Assembly: GCA_030682385.1 (NCBI GenBank)
Contig: JAUXOG010000085.1
Location: 696 to 64,695 of the forward strand
Source of the DNA: Bacteroidota bacterium
GTDB taxonomy: Bacteria; Bacteroidota; Ignavibacteria; UBA10030; BY39
Reading direction: 5' to 3'
DNA length: 64,000 nt
Below, one piece after another: positions 38,537-47,807 of this stretch. Made by a program: the position numbers and the translations under genes. How positions within the stretch are numbered: the first letter of the stretch is position 1; each line of letters opens with the position of its first letter. The notes under the pieces were generated by a model. It did no database searches and was not told the origin of the DNA. It saw only the letters and a program-made list of their open reading frames with translations.

Positions 38537-38565
38537 TTGATTATAATGGCACAAATAAGTATATT
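38537..38565 (+). promoter_or_regulatory. Sigma70-type promoter for the tRNA pair (divergent, back to back)
   Basis: TTGATT (38537-38542)-N17-TATATT (38560-38565), 20 nt before tRNA-Gln. Confidence 0.55.
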
Positions 38566-38585
38566 GGACGCAGAAAAATTTCTAT

Positions 38586-38658
38586 TGCCCTGTGGTGTAA
38601 TTGGCAACACACTTGACTCTGGATCAAGTTAGTTCAGGTTCGAATCCTGACAGGGCAG
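38586..38658 (+). tRNA. tRNA-Gln (anticodon CTG)
   Basis: Acceptor TGCCCTG/CAGGGCA, anticodon arm CTTGA-CTCTGGA-TCAAG, T-loop GGTTCGAATCC; 3' CCA not encoded. Confidence 0.95.
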
Positions 38659-38735
38659 CAAAATTAGTTATTGGTCTTTGGTAACTTGTTATTCGTAAGT
38701 ACAAATTACTAATGACTGTTGACGATTTACCAATG

Positions 38736-38807
38736 GGCGCTATCGTCTAAGGGTTAGGACACCGCCCTCTCAAGGCGGGAATACGGGTTCGAATCCCGTT
38801 AGCGCTA
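38736..38807 (+). tRNA. tRNA-Glu (anticodon CTC)
   Basis: Acceptor GGCGCTA/TAGCGCT, anticodon arm CCGCC-CTCTCAA-GGCGG, T-loop GGTTCGAATCC; 3' CCA not encoded. Confidence 0.95.
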
Positions 38808-38811
38808 CTTC

Positions 38812-38918
38812 CAATTTGACATAATTTAACAAACCGCACCTGCGGGAAGTTAAATTATAAGTCAAATTGAGAATCCCGCTGAAGCCCGTGGAACGGGCTA
38901 AACGAAGTGAAGCGGGAT
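38812..38918. repeat. Two tandem nested palindromes between tRNA-Glu and the convergent ABC operon
   Basis: CAATTTGAC-ATAATTTAAC...GTTAAATTAT-AA-GTCAAATTG (38812-38869) enclosing CCGCACCTGCGG; ATCCCGCT...AGCGGGAT (38873-38918) enclosing AGCCCGT-GGA-ACGGGCT. Confidence 0.7.
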
Positions 38919-38952
38919 ATTTTATGTAATCTGAAAATGATATTTTTTCCGT

Positions 38953-39771
38953 TTACTCTTTTACTGCACCAGCCATCAAACCGCTGATGTAATATTTTTG
39001 CAATGCAAGGAATAATACCATAACCGGCATGATGGTAATTACAGATCCAGCCATCATAAGTTCAGTGTCTTGTACGTGCTCACCAGCAAGATTGGCAAGC
39101 GCAACCGGCAGAGTGTACATCGAATCGTCGGTCATGACAATTAGGGGCCAGAGAAAATCGTTCCACGTTCCCATAAACGTGAATATCGCAAGCGTGATCA
39201 GTATAGGTTTGCATAAAGGAAGTATAATAGAACGATAGATTCTGAAATCGCTCGCTCCGTCGATGCGTGCGGCGTCAATCAGACTGTCAGGAATCGAAAG
39301 AGCGTATTGGCGGATAAGAAAAATTCCAAAAATACTCGCCATACCCGGAATGATCACACCGAGATAGGTATTAATTAATCCCATCTTGTTCAGCATCAAG
39401 AATAATGGAAGCATTGTAACTTGTGCGGGTATCACCATTGTAGATATGAGCAGCTTGAACAGACGGTTACGACCGGGAAATCGGTATTTGGCAAACGCGT
39501 ATCCTGCCATCGAATTAAATAAAAGTGATATAAATGTTACCGCAGTGCTAATTAAAAAACTATTTATGAAGTAACGCAACACATCTAAACGTGTGAATAG
39601 CACAGCGTAGTGGTCGAGTGTAACGGATTCGGGGAAAAATTTTGGTGGATACGTGCTCGCCTGCCCTGCCGGCATCACGGATGCAGATAACATCCAGAGA
39701 AGTGGCGTCAGTGTGGCGACGGCAAAAAAAACGGTAATAAGAAACAACATAGTTTTTAGAGTTTTTTTCAT
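38953..39771 (-). CDS. Carbohydrate ABC transporter permease (MalG-like)
   Basis: EAA loop DSLIDAARIDGAS, WNDFLWPL; ATG 39771 overlaps the upstream stop (ATGA); track start 39876. Confidence 0.92.
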   Translation of the reverse strand: MKKTLKTMLFLITVFFAVATLTPLLWMLSASVMPAGQASTYPPKFFPESVTLDHYAVLFTRLDVLRYFINSFLISTAVTFISLLFNSMAGYAFAKYRFPGRNRLFKLLISTMVIPAQVTMLPLFLMLNKMGLINTYLGVIIPGMASIFGIFLIRQYALSIPDSLIDAARIDGASDFRIYRSIILPLCKPILITLAIFTFMGTWNDFLWPLIVMTDDSMYTLPVALANLAGEHVQDTELMMAGSVITIMPVMVLFLALQKYYISGLMAGAVKE

Positions 39772-40685
39772 CCTTCCTCTCCCCGTTTTTGTAGTTTGAA
39801 CTGGACGAGTGATCCGATCAGAATTATTACGAACAGCACAAACGCCAATGATGCTGAGTATCCCATGTTCCACCAACGAAATCCTTGCTGGTACATCAAT
39901 AATACAATGCTGAGTGTGCTATTGAGTGGACCTCCTTGTGTCATCACATACGGCTCGGCGAATAGCTGGAAATATCCAATCATTGTTATAATGCTGACGA
40001 AGAGTGTCGTGGGAGCTAACATCGGAATTGTGATATAAAGAAACTGCTGCCGGGCATTTGCGCCGTCGATGCGCGCGGCTTCATACAGTTCATCCGGGAT
40101 ATTTTGCAATCCAGCAATAAATATGATCATGTTATATCCGAAGTTTTTCCAGACCGCCAACAGGATGATAGCAGGCATTGCATAAGTTGGATCGCCTAAC
40201 CAATCGATGGGATTAATTCCGAAAAAGCTTAAAAAGTAATTCAGTAGCCCAAACCTTGGATGGTAAACGAATCGCCAGACTACAGCGATGGCGACAAGTG
40301 TAGTTACGACGGGGGCAAAGTAAATTACGCGGAAGAAGCTTTTGAAACGCACGAGTTTTGAATTGAGAAGTATTGCCGCGCCTAACGAAACGGCAACAGA
40401 TAACGGTCCGCCAACAAGCACAAAGTAAAAAGTATTTTGAAGAGCTTGCCAGAAAAGGGGATCGTTAAAAAGTTGTAAATAATTACGGAAGCCGACAAAA
40501 CGGACATACTGAATATTGCCTAAAGAGTAGATGTCGAAATCGGTAAAACTCATGACGAATGCCGCAATGACGGGTAAGAAGAAAAATATAAATATGGCTG
40601 CTAAAGCCGGTGTAAGAAAAAAATAAGCCGCGCTATAAAAACTTTTCGTGAATGAATTCGTTATTTGTCTCGTTCCCTTATACAT
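39768..40685 (-). CDS. Carbohydrate ABC transporter permease (MalF-like)
   Basis: FVGFRNY, GLQNIPDELYEAARIDGAN, MTQGGP. Confidence 0.92.
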   Translation of the reverse strand: MYKGTRQITNSFTKSFYSAAYFFLTPALAAIFIFFFLPVIAAFVMSFTDFDIYSLGNIQYVRFVGFRNYLQLFNDPLFWQALQNTFYFVLVGGPLSVAVSLGAAILLNSKLVRFKSFFRVIYFAPVVTTLVAIAVVWRFVYHPRFGLLNYFLSFFGINPIDWLGDPTYAMPAIILLAVWKNFGYNMIIFIAGLQNIPDELYEAARIDGANARQQFLYITIPMLAPTTLFVSIITMIGYFQLFAEPYVMTQGGPLNSTLSIVLLMYQQGFRWWNMGYSASLAFVLFVIILIGSLVQFKLQKRGEEG

Positions 40686-40688
40686 GCA

Positions 40689-41966
40689 TCACTTCCTGTT
40701 CAGCATCCACCTGCGTTTTTCTAAAATTATATTCACGTCCTTGTCGAGTTCTGCAAGAGCTTGATTAACGGACATTTTTTGAGCAGATGCAGACTCAGCA
40801 TATTGCTGAACTTTCATTGCGATTTGTTCCCACTCAGGAATTTTTGGTGTCGGTACAACGTGCTTGAATTGTTCATAAAAAGCTTTTACATAGACATTGT
40901 TCCTAAATAATGTATCGTTCCAAGCTTCTTCGACAGCAGGTAGATTCCCTGTAACTTTGTAAAATTCTAACTGCTGCTGCACCGCCGAAAGATATTCTAT
41001 GAATTTCCACGCTTGTTCTTTCTTTGTCGAGTTGCGAAAAATCACCAAGCTGGCACCTCCGGCAAGTGAGACGCCGGGTCTATTCTTCTCGGGACCGGGG
41101 AGCGGTGCCGTTATCCATTTATCTTGAAGCGCCGGTGGCATTCGTTTTTGAAATTCACCGATATTCCACGGGCCTGTTATGTACATTGCAAAAAATCCCT
41201 CAGCCATTCCCTGATAGATGTTTGTAACTTGCGTGATACCTACAGGCGCAAGCTTCTTCTGGTAAAATCGCATTATGTACTCAAAAGCTTTGGTAAACTC
41301 TTTACCGCTGAAATCGCCGTATCGGTTGCCATCTTTCAACAACGTAGACCCGTTTTGTAATCCCGCTACGACAAACGGAACCCATTCGTTTGTAGGCAGT
41401 AGAACTGCGTATTTTTCTTTCCCACCGGCTAATTGTTTAATCTTCATCGAAGCATCGAACCACTCATCCCACGTTGCAGGCGGATTTTTGTAGCCCGCCT
41501 GTTCTAAAATATCTTTACGATAAAACATCACCCGAGTGTCAACGTACCAAGGTATGCCATACGGAATGTCGTCTATAACATTTGTTTTCCATATCCCTTC
41601 GAAATAATTTTCCTTTTTGATGAGTGATGATTTTTCGATCCAGAGATTTAAATTTTCTATAGCATTCAGGAGTGTGAATTCGGGAATCCAGGTATTTCCA
41701 AGTTGTGATACGTCGGGAGTTGAGTTTCCGGCATACGCTGTAAGTAATTTTTCGTGAGCGGCGGTCCAAGGGATTGATTGGACTTTTACTTTAATCCCGG
41801 GATTTCTTCGCTCAAATTCAGGAATCAGTTTCTGAACATTTTCGCCTTCAGCACCCATCGCCCAAAAAATAAGAACCGTTTCGGAAGATGGTGATGAGCG
41901 GCAGCCTAATTGTGAGAGGGTTATCAACAAGAGCGAGGCAATCAAGTATGTAAAAATTTTATTCAT
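40689..41966 (-). CDS. Sugar ABC transporter solute-binding lipoprotein
   Basis: LGC lipobox; FERRNPGIKVKVQ, TPDV, YGIPWYVDTRVMFYRKD, PATWDEW, GFFAMYITGPW. Confidence 0.9.
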   Translation of the reverse strand: MNKIFTYLIASLLLITLSQLGCRSSPSSETVLIFWAMGAEGENVQKLIPEFERRNPGIKVKVQSIPWTAAHEKLLTAYAGNSTPDVSQLGNTWIPEFTLLNAIENLNLWIEKSSLIKKENYFEGIWKTNVIDDIPYGIPWYVDTRVMFYRKDILEQAGYKNPPATWDEWFDASMKIKQLAGGKEKYAVLLPTNEWVPFVVAGLQNGSTLLKDGNRYGDFSGKEFTKAFEYIMRFYQKKLAPVGITQVTNIYQGMAEGFFAMYITGPWNIGEFQKRMPPALQDKWITAPLPGPEKNRPGVSLAGGASLVIFRNSTKKEQAWKFIEYLSAVQQQLEFYKVTGNLPAVEEAWNDTLFRNNVYVKAFYEQFKHVVPTPKIPEWEQIAMKVQQYAESASAQKMSVNQALAELDKDVNIILEKRRWMLNRK

Positions 41967-44614
41967 TAAGAATTAGCATATTCAAAAAGATTCAACAAAT
42001 ATTGTTGTATCACCGGGTCAACACGGCGGTCAAAAAGTCGAGAGGAGTTCGATTTATTTACTAATCGTCCTCTCAACTGCAATCGCGAAACAATTACCTT
42101 ACCTTTACCGATAGGAATTTCGAACACAACCGAAGTTTTCAGTTTCAAACCGCAACGGGCAAATACTTTTGAAACACCGTCGGCTGTAACATCGTGTTGC
42201 GAGACAACCTCGCCACCATAGCCACCGTTAAACATTTTTAAATGTTCTTTCAATATATTTTTCCACAAATGATGTGAATGATCTTCTGCGAAAAGGTACG
42301 AATCGTAACCGCCGCGGTCGGTATCAGAACGTTTTTCAATTGTCAATTCAAGTCCGCGGGCAACAGTGACAATTACTTTTGCATTGACACCGTATTCGGG
42401 TTCGTTAATAATCAATGTACCGCCCGACTTAATAAATTCTGTAATTTCATTTAATAACAATTTATATGTTTTGTCCTGTAACGAACTTCTATCTACAACC
42501 AGTGTCTTGAATTTACTGAAATTTCCATGAAAAACAATATGAGGTATCTTCATCATACTTAAAAAATCTGAAATCTCTCCATTAGCTTCTAACAATCCAA
42601 CAGTAATCCGTCTCATTTGTGCTGAAGCTTGCGGTGGATCGAACACGTGTGCAATTTTTTGACTGAAGGCTATCTGTATATTTTTATCACCGACGAATAA
42701 TTCTGACCGGATGTAAAATGTGCCAGGTTCTGAAGGCATTCTGAATACAATTGGATGTTCCATACAAGTACTACCATCCACAGATACATCTTCATTTTTT
42801 TTCCAAAGGCATTTTCCCTCACCGTCTGTAATGCCGTAAAGTATCTGCCCTTTTTGCTTCTCGTTGGTATCATTAAAAATAAAGAGGCGGATTGTGCGTT
42901 CTTCGTTAATGAAGAAATGCCTATCCCATAACTCTAAACTTAAACCGAACGGAGAAAATGCATTTTTTAAAGTTTCAAGTACCGGCTTTGGCTGCAAATC
43001 TTTTATGTTACCCGCAAACCAATGACCTGTCGGTCCATCGTTATTGCTCAAATAGACAAATGGCTGGATTGCACGAACACGCATACGACGGAATAATTCG
43101 ACTAACTCCTGAGCAAGAAATGATTGATGACTAATCAACTCTTCTTGTGTGTAATCTTTTCCGAGCCATCGTTCGATAACATCTTTTGTCAGCGAGGTCG
43201 GTTGAAAATTTTTATCTAACCACCACCATAGAAATTCATTTACTACAGGAGGTGTCACCGAATGTTCGATTTCTTCTAACGAGACGGTGAAGCCGAATTT
43301 ACAGTCATTCAACACCGGACCGAGCGAGTAAATGTATGGATGCTGCTCTATAAAATCCACAGACTCCCACGCACGGGTTGGATCGAGTTCCTTCATCTTC
43401 GGCACGATTTCTTTCTGGACGACATCATCCGTTGATTCATTTATCGGGTCCCAGAAAATGACGCTCGGATGATTCCAATTATCTTGCAGCCAACGGGTAA
43501 ATTCTTTCGTGATTTGTTCTTTCGTTCCGGAAGTCGTCCAGAATTGCCACTCGTTTTGAATTAGTATCCCGTACTCATCTGCAATGTCGTACCAGCGGTT
43601 GTACATTTGTCCGAGGTGATTGCGGAAAAAATTGAAGTTGTGTGCTTTTGGAATATCAACCAAGATTTTCTTAATCCATTCAGAATTCCAAGGAAGTAAT
43701 CCCCTGTCAGGGTCTGAAAGAAAGCGATGAAAAGCAATGTTGCCGCCGCGTAGAAATATTCGCTTTCCGTTTAGGTAAAAATCGGAACCGGTTATTTTGA
43801 ATTCGCGCATACCGAAAGTCGTAAACGTTTGGTCAACCACTTCTCCTCCATCCTCAATGGCAATCTCTACCTCATACAGAAATGGATATTCAAGAGACCA
43901 AAGCTGCATATAATCGATAGAAATTAAAAGAGTTACGTTTGCTTCCGAGTTAGCTGAAACTGTTACCTCGGTTGCAATAATGTTGGAGCTTTGAATTTTA
44001 GATTTCTTCTCCCAAATTTTTCCAACAATCTTCACTTCTTTGTTTGATGCTAAACAGTTCTCGATTGTAATTTTCACTTCTGCTTTATGAGAGTCAATAT
44101 GTGAAATAACTTGAACCAGTTTAACACGAAGGCTACCTGATAAGTTGATATGTACATCTCCCCAGATACCAGGGATAAATGTCTCTCGCTCCTGGTCTTT
44201 GCCAACAGCGCTTGCAGGCGGAAGCGTGTTACGAGACCCTACTCGCACTAATAGTTCATTCTCCTTTCCATATAAAAGTGCATCCGTACAAATGTATTCT
44301 TGAGATGTGTAGCAAGCTATATCGCCGCCAATATGCTTTCCATTCAGCCATATTTCAGTTCCGAACATCGCCTGTTCGATAATCAGTACGGCAATCTGAT
44401 ATTGAGAAACCTCATCTAAACGGAATGTTTTCCGGTACCAGTGATAGTCGTATGTTTGCCAGTTATATTTTGGTTTGACGCAATCCACTAGAGCCGGAAC
44501 TTGGACTTCATAATCCCATTTTGATGGTAAGCTCTCTTTTCCTCCGGGTTGTAATTCCCAAGAACCGTTGAGAGAGATTTTTTTTCTCGGTTGTTTAAAA
44601 ACGTTTGTACTCAT
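41966..44614 (-). CDS. Glycoside hydrolase family 2, no signal peptide
   Basis: SLNGSW, WYRKTF, FGMREF, LNGKRIFLRG, NFFRNH, NHPSVIFWDPINES. Confidence 0.82.
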   Translation of the reverse strand: MSTNVFKQPRKKISLNGSWELQPGGKESLPSKWDYEVQVPALVDCVKPKYNWQTYDYHWYRKTFRLDEVSQYQIAVLIIEQAMFGTEIWLNGKHIGGDIACYTSQEYICTDALLYGKENELLVRVGSRNTLPPASAVGKDQERETFIPGIWGDVHINLSGSLRVKLVQVISHIDSHKAEVKITIENCLASNKEVKIVGKIWEKKSKIQSSNIIATEVTVSANSEANVTLLISIDYMQLWSLEYPFLYEVEIAIEDGGEVVDQTFTTFGMREFKITGSDFYLNGKRIFLRGGNIAFHRFLSDPDRGLLPWNSEWIKKILVDIPKAHNFNFFRNHLGQMYNRWYDIADEYGILIQNEWQFWTTSGTKEQITKEFTRWLQDNWNHPSVIFWDPINESTDDVVQKEIVPKMKELDPTRAWESVDFIEQHPYIYSLGPVLNDCKFGFTVSLEEIEHSVTPPVVNEFLWWWLDKNFQPTSLTKDVIERWLGKDYTQEELISHQSFLAQELVELFRRMRVRAIQPFVYLSNNDGPTGHWFAGNIKDLQPKPVLETLKNAFSPFGLSLELWDRHFFINEERTIRLFIFNDTNEKQKGQILYGITDGEGKCLWKKNEDVSVDGSTCMEHPIVFRMPSEPGTFYIRSELFVGDKNIQIAFSQKIAHVFDPPQASAQMRRITVGLLEANGEISDFLSMMKIPHIVFHGNFSKFKTLVVDRSSLQDKTYKLLLNEITEFIKSGGTLIINEPEYGVNAKVIVTVARGLELTIEKRSDTDRGGYDSYLFAEDHSHHLWKNILKEHLKMFNGGYGGEVVSQHDVTADGVSKVFARCGLKLKTSVVFEIPIGKGKVIVSRLQLRGRLVNKSNSSRLFDRRVDPVIQQYLLNLFEYANS

Positions 44615-47600
44615 CTTGCGGGTTTCAGAATAACGGTTGCCGGCATTGTTTCAATCACGATATCGCGATTTGTATGCCTTACCGGTTTGCCATTAATTTG
44701 GACTGAAACAATTGGATTGCTAAAAGGTGAATGGAGAATAATTTTACCGGGAGGGATTTGGATGTTACCGGTGATTTCGACGACCAAGTTTTCGCCGACT
44801 TTTTTCATGCTATAAGTAAGACTGCCATAGTATGTTGGCAATTTCTTAACTTCGATGCTGTCCGGTTCGTTCAGCCAATCTTCGGGAATACCCGCCCCGA
44901 TAACAAGCGAAGAATCTTTTTCCCGCTCGTACACAAACATACTTCGAATAGAACGAATGAAATCCGAAGCCACCCACGTGTGCGGCATATCTCCGATAAA
45001 TCTTGGAGTATCCGGATTCTTCCACACGACTTCAGCCCAATGGTTCCACCCTTTCGGACGCTGGTCTTCAAAAAAGAAATTCAACAACTCGTGAGCGCGT
45101 TGTTTCTGATCCATATAAACAAACGCGCCGATTATTCGAACTTCGTAAGGAGTATAATTCACCCAATCAATTTTACCATCGCGCCTGTCCATAAAGAATT
45201 TGTAATAACGATCGAATGTATTCGTGAGCTGCGGTTTGGGAATGTTGCCCAACTCGCCAATAGGATTTACACCGATTGCAGTTGAAGTCGCATCGAAATC
45301 ACCAAGCTCAACACAGCCGGGTATGTAATCAATATTCTTGTTTTGCATTGCAAGATGCATCGAAGCGTACAAACAACTCTGGAAATCATCTGTTTCAGAT
45401 TTGAATTCTTTTTCTATTTTTTCCTCACCCAAAATTTGTGCGATAGTAGTTGCATCTTTTAGTCCGCGCAATACCCAAAAGTCGTCCCAGTACGAATGCA
45501 TCGGCTTGGCTGAGTAACCCTCGTGGCTTATCGATTCGGGAACCAGACCAAACATAGCTTGCTGGTCTGGTGTGCCATATTTGAAGTCGTCGGTTTTACG
45601 TTGACTGCGGAGGAATTGTATATATCTGACGGCTTTTACAATATTTTCAAACTTTCCGCGCAACCAGATTGTATCTTTTGTAAAATGAAAATATTGCATT
45701 ACTATATAAATAAATTCACCGTGACTGTCGTGTTCGGGAACCGGGTCAGCCCCGCGGCTATCAACAACGCAAGGTATTTTTCCATCGGGGAATTGGTACT
45801 TTGCATACCAATCAATATATTCACGCACTTCATCTGTTAAACCCATATAGAGAATCGCTGTGGAAGTTAGCGCCCCGTCTCTTATCCAAGAACGCTCATA
45901 CGAGCGAGAACCGGGCTGAATAGCCGGTCCATCCCGGTTTATCAGTATATAAGCAATATTCGATTTCAATGTGTTTACAATTTTCTCGGCTGTTTTGGGA
46001 AGTTTAAATTCTACCACACTAAATTTAGATTCCCAAAATTTCTGAGTCTTGTCTAAAAGTTCACTCACAAATGATTCTGATTTATCGTCCTCCATGTTCG
46101 GTTTGATGTTAGTAGGTTCTTCGCCGAACGGAACAATCAGATAAACGTCCTTCGAACCACCAGATGGCAAAGTTAGGTAATATTCGAATGCAGCAGATGC
46201 ATAACCGAAATGATCGGTGATATTACGAGTAGGTGGAACTTCTCCACGAGAAATGAACGATGTTATGTCGCCTTGGTCAAATTCTGCCGCGCCGAAGGCG
46301 TTATGCGTTGAGAGAGATAACACTTGCGTTACATCGTTGACTGTAGCTATCCCATCAGAATACTTTATTGAACGAATATTTGTCGTCCCGCCTACCATAT
46401 TCAAATCCTGCGATGGCGGATTAACTTGAAATGGACGCAATGTAACAAATAATTTCCCCTCAACCATCATATCGCTTTTATTCTCTACATTGTAATTGAC
46501 AACCAATACCGGTTTGCCTTCTACATTGACGGCAAATGTCGTTGTCTTCAGAATGAAATCATTATATTTCCACTCCACGATAGGAATTGGAAGGTAGTTG
46601 CGGTCGAGCGACTGAGTAAGCCGAACATCATTCCAGGTAATAAATTTACCGTTGAGATATAAAAATGGTTCGAGAGAAAAACTTGCTTTATCAACCTCTA
46701 TCATCCCTTCTTCGTTTATCATTGCTTCCTTCGTATCGCCGCTGACGCCGACGATAGTCCAATACGACATTTGTTTGGAAAAATATTTTGGGAAATATCC
46801 TCGCGGCGCATCACTCGCAACCGCTGTGAAAAATTTGTTTGGAGACGCACCAAATTCCACACTTTTCACATCTACATTGCAGATGCCGTAGTTTTTGTTG
46901 TCGCTGCTCTTCTTTAGATTCAATCTGAGAAAACGAGTTTCCGCCTCAGGTAAATAGATATAATCGCGGTCTCCATTTCCACCCATTACTCGATAGACCG
47001 TCGTCCAATTTTTACCATCTCCCGAAAGGTCAACATCATATTGTCTTGCATACTTTTCCTTTACCCAATCAATTACTAATCCGCCAAACTCACGCTCCTG
47101 ATGAAAGTCGATAACCAACCACTGGCGCTCCGACTTTCCGCCGCTCACCCAACTTGTTGTAGTATTTTCGTCTATCGCAAATTGCGGTGAAGAATTTTTG
47201 GCAGTTGAAGAAGCAGTTACAACCGGCTTTAAGTTTGGTGTCGCTTCTGTAGTTGGTTCTATTTTGAATTCATCAATGTAAACTGTCCCCTTGCCGCCGC
47301 CTGTTCCTGCAGATACCACAAACTCAATCTTATCTACATATTTAATTTCACCACCGCCGGCAGGTCCCCAAGCAAAAGTAATATGTCGCTTCTTGATTTT
47401 TTGCTTCGTCCATTCCTTTGGGAAATCAACATTCAGTTTCTTAATCCAGAATACATTGTCTGCGGTGTCGAGCAGCTTAAACTCAAAATTATTTACGGGT
47501 GCGTCTCCCCGAAGATAGAATGTAAACTTATAGTTTTGAGGTAGATGAAGTTTGAACTGCTTTTGAGCAATTGCATAACCTGAGCCGTGAAATTCAAAAT

Positions 47601-47775
47601 GAAGAGCAAGCCCTTTTCCTCTATAACCCTGCGTTTGAGTGATATTCATCGAAGCACCGTCGGAGACAATAGGCATCCAGGATTTGATGTCTTCGAAATT
47701 ATCGAGAAGGCTCACTTGTGTAACCGCTGGATGCAGTAATAAGAATAGTAGCACAATTATTTTTATAACTTTCAT
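44611..47775 (-). CDS. Secreted protein: CBM-like + F5/8 (discoidin) + (alpha/alpha)6 glycosidase-like domain
   Basis: Signal peptide from ATG 47775 (track start 47826); AIDENTTTSWVS..QWLVIDF discoidin; QPGSRSYERSWIRDG, EHDSHGEF, GLVPESISHEGY, HSYWDDFW. Confidence 0.72.
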   Translation of the reverse strand: MKVIKIIVLLFLLLHPAVTQVSLLDNFEDIKSWMPIVSDGASMNITQTQGYRGKGLALHFEFHGSGYAIAQKQFKLHLPQNYKFTFYLRGDAPVNNFEFKLLDTADNVFWIKKLNVDFPKEWTKQKIKKRHITFAWGPAGGGEIKYVDKIEFVVSAGTGGGKGTVYIDEFKIEPTTEATPNLKPVVTASSTAKNSSPQFAIDENTTTSWVSGGKSERQWLVIDFHQEREFGGLVIDWVKEKYARQYDVDLSGDGKNWTTVYRVMGGNGDRDYIYLPEAETRFLRLNLKKSSDNKNYGICNVDVKSVEFGASPNKFFTAVASDAPRGYFPKYFSKQMSYWTIVGVSGDTKEAMINEEGMIEVDKASFSLEPFLYLNGKFITWNDVRLTQSLDRNYLPIPIVEWKYNDFILKTTTFAVNVEGKPVLVVNYNVENKSDMMVEGKLFVTLRPFQVNPPSQDLNMVGGTTNIRSIKYSDGIATVNDVTQVLSLSTHNAFGAAEFDQGDITSFISRGEVPPTRNITDHFGYASAAFEYYLTLPSGGSKDVYLIVPFGEEPTNIKPNMEDDKSESFVSELLDKTQKFWESKFSVVEFKLPKTAEKIVNTLKSNIAYILINRDGPAIQPGSRSYERSWIRDGALTSTAILYMGLTDEVREYIDWYAKYQFPDGKIPCVVDSRGADPVPEHDSHGEFIYIVMQYFHFTKDTIWLRGKFENIVKAVRYIQFLRSQRKTDDFKYGTPDQQAMFGLVPESISHEGYSAKPMHSYWDDFWVLRGLKDATTIAQILGEEKIEKEFKSETDDFQSCLYASMHLAMQNKNIDYIPGCVELGDFDATSTAIGVNPIGELGNIPKPQLTNTFDRYYKFFMDRRDGKIDWVNYTPYEVRIIGAFVYMDQKQRAHELLNFFFEDQRPKGWNHWAEVVWKNPDTPRFIGDMPHTWVASDFIRSIRSMFVYEREKDSSLVIGAGIPEDWLNEPDSIEVKKLPTYYGSLTYSMKKVGENLVVEITGNIQIPPGKIILHSPFSNPIVSVQINGKPVRHTNRDIVIETMPATVILKPAR

Positions 47776-47807
47776 TTTCCTATCAGTTGTGTTTGCCGTA
47801 TGAGATA

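Noticed and set aside
38586-38807. tRNA genes lacking encoded CCA
   Set aside because: Common in bacteria with a CCA-adding enzyme; not unusual.
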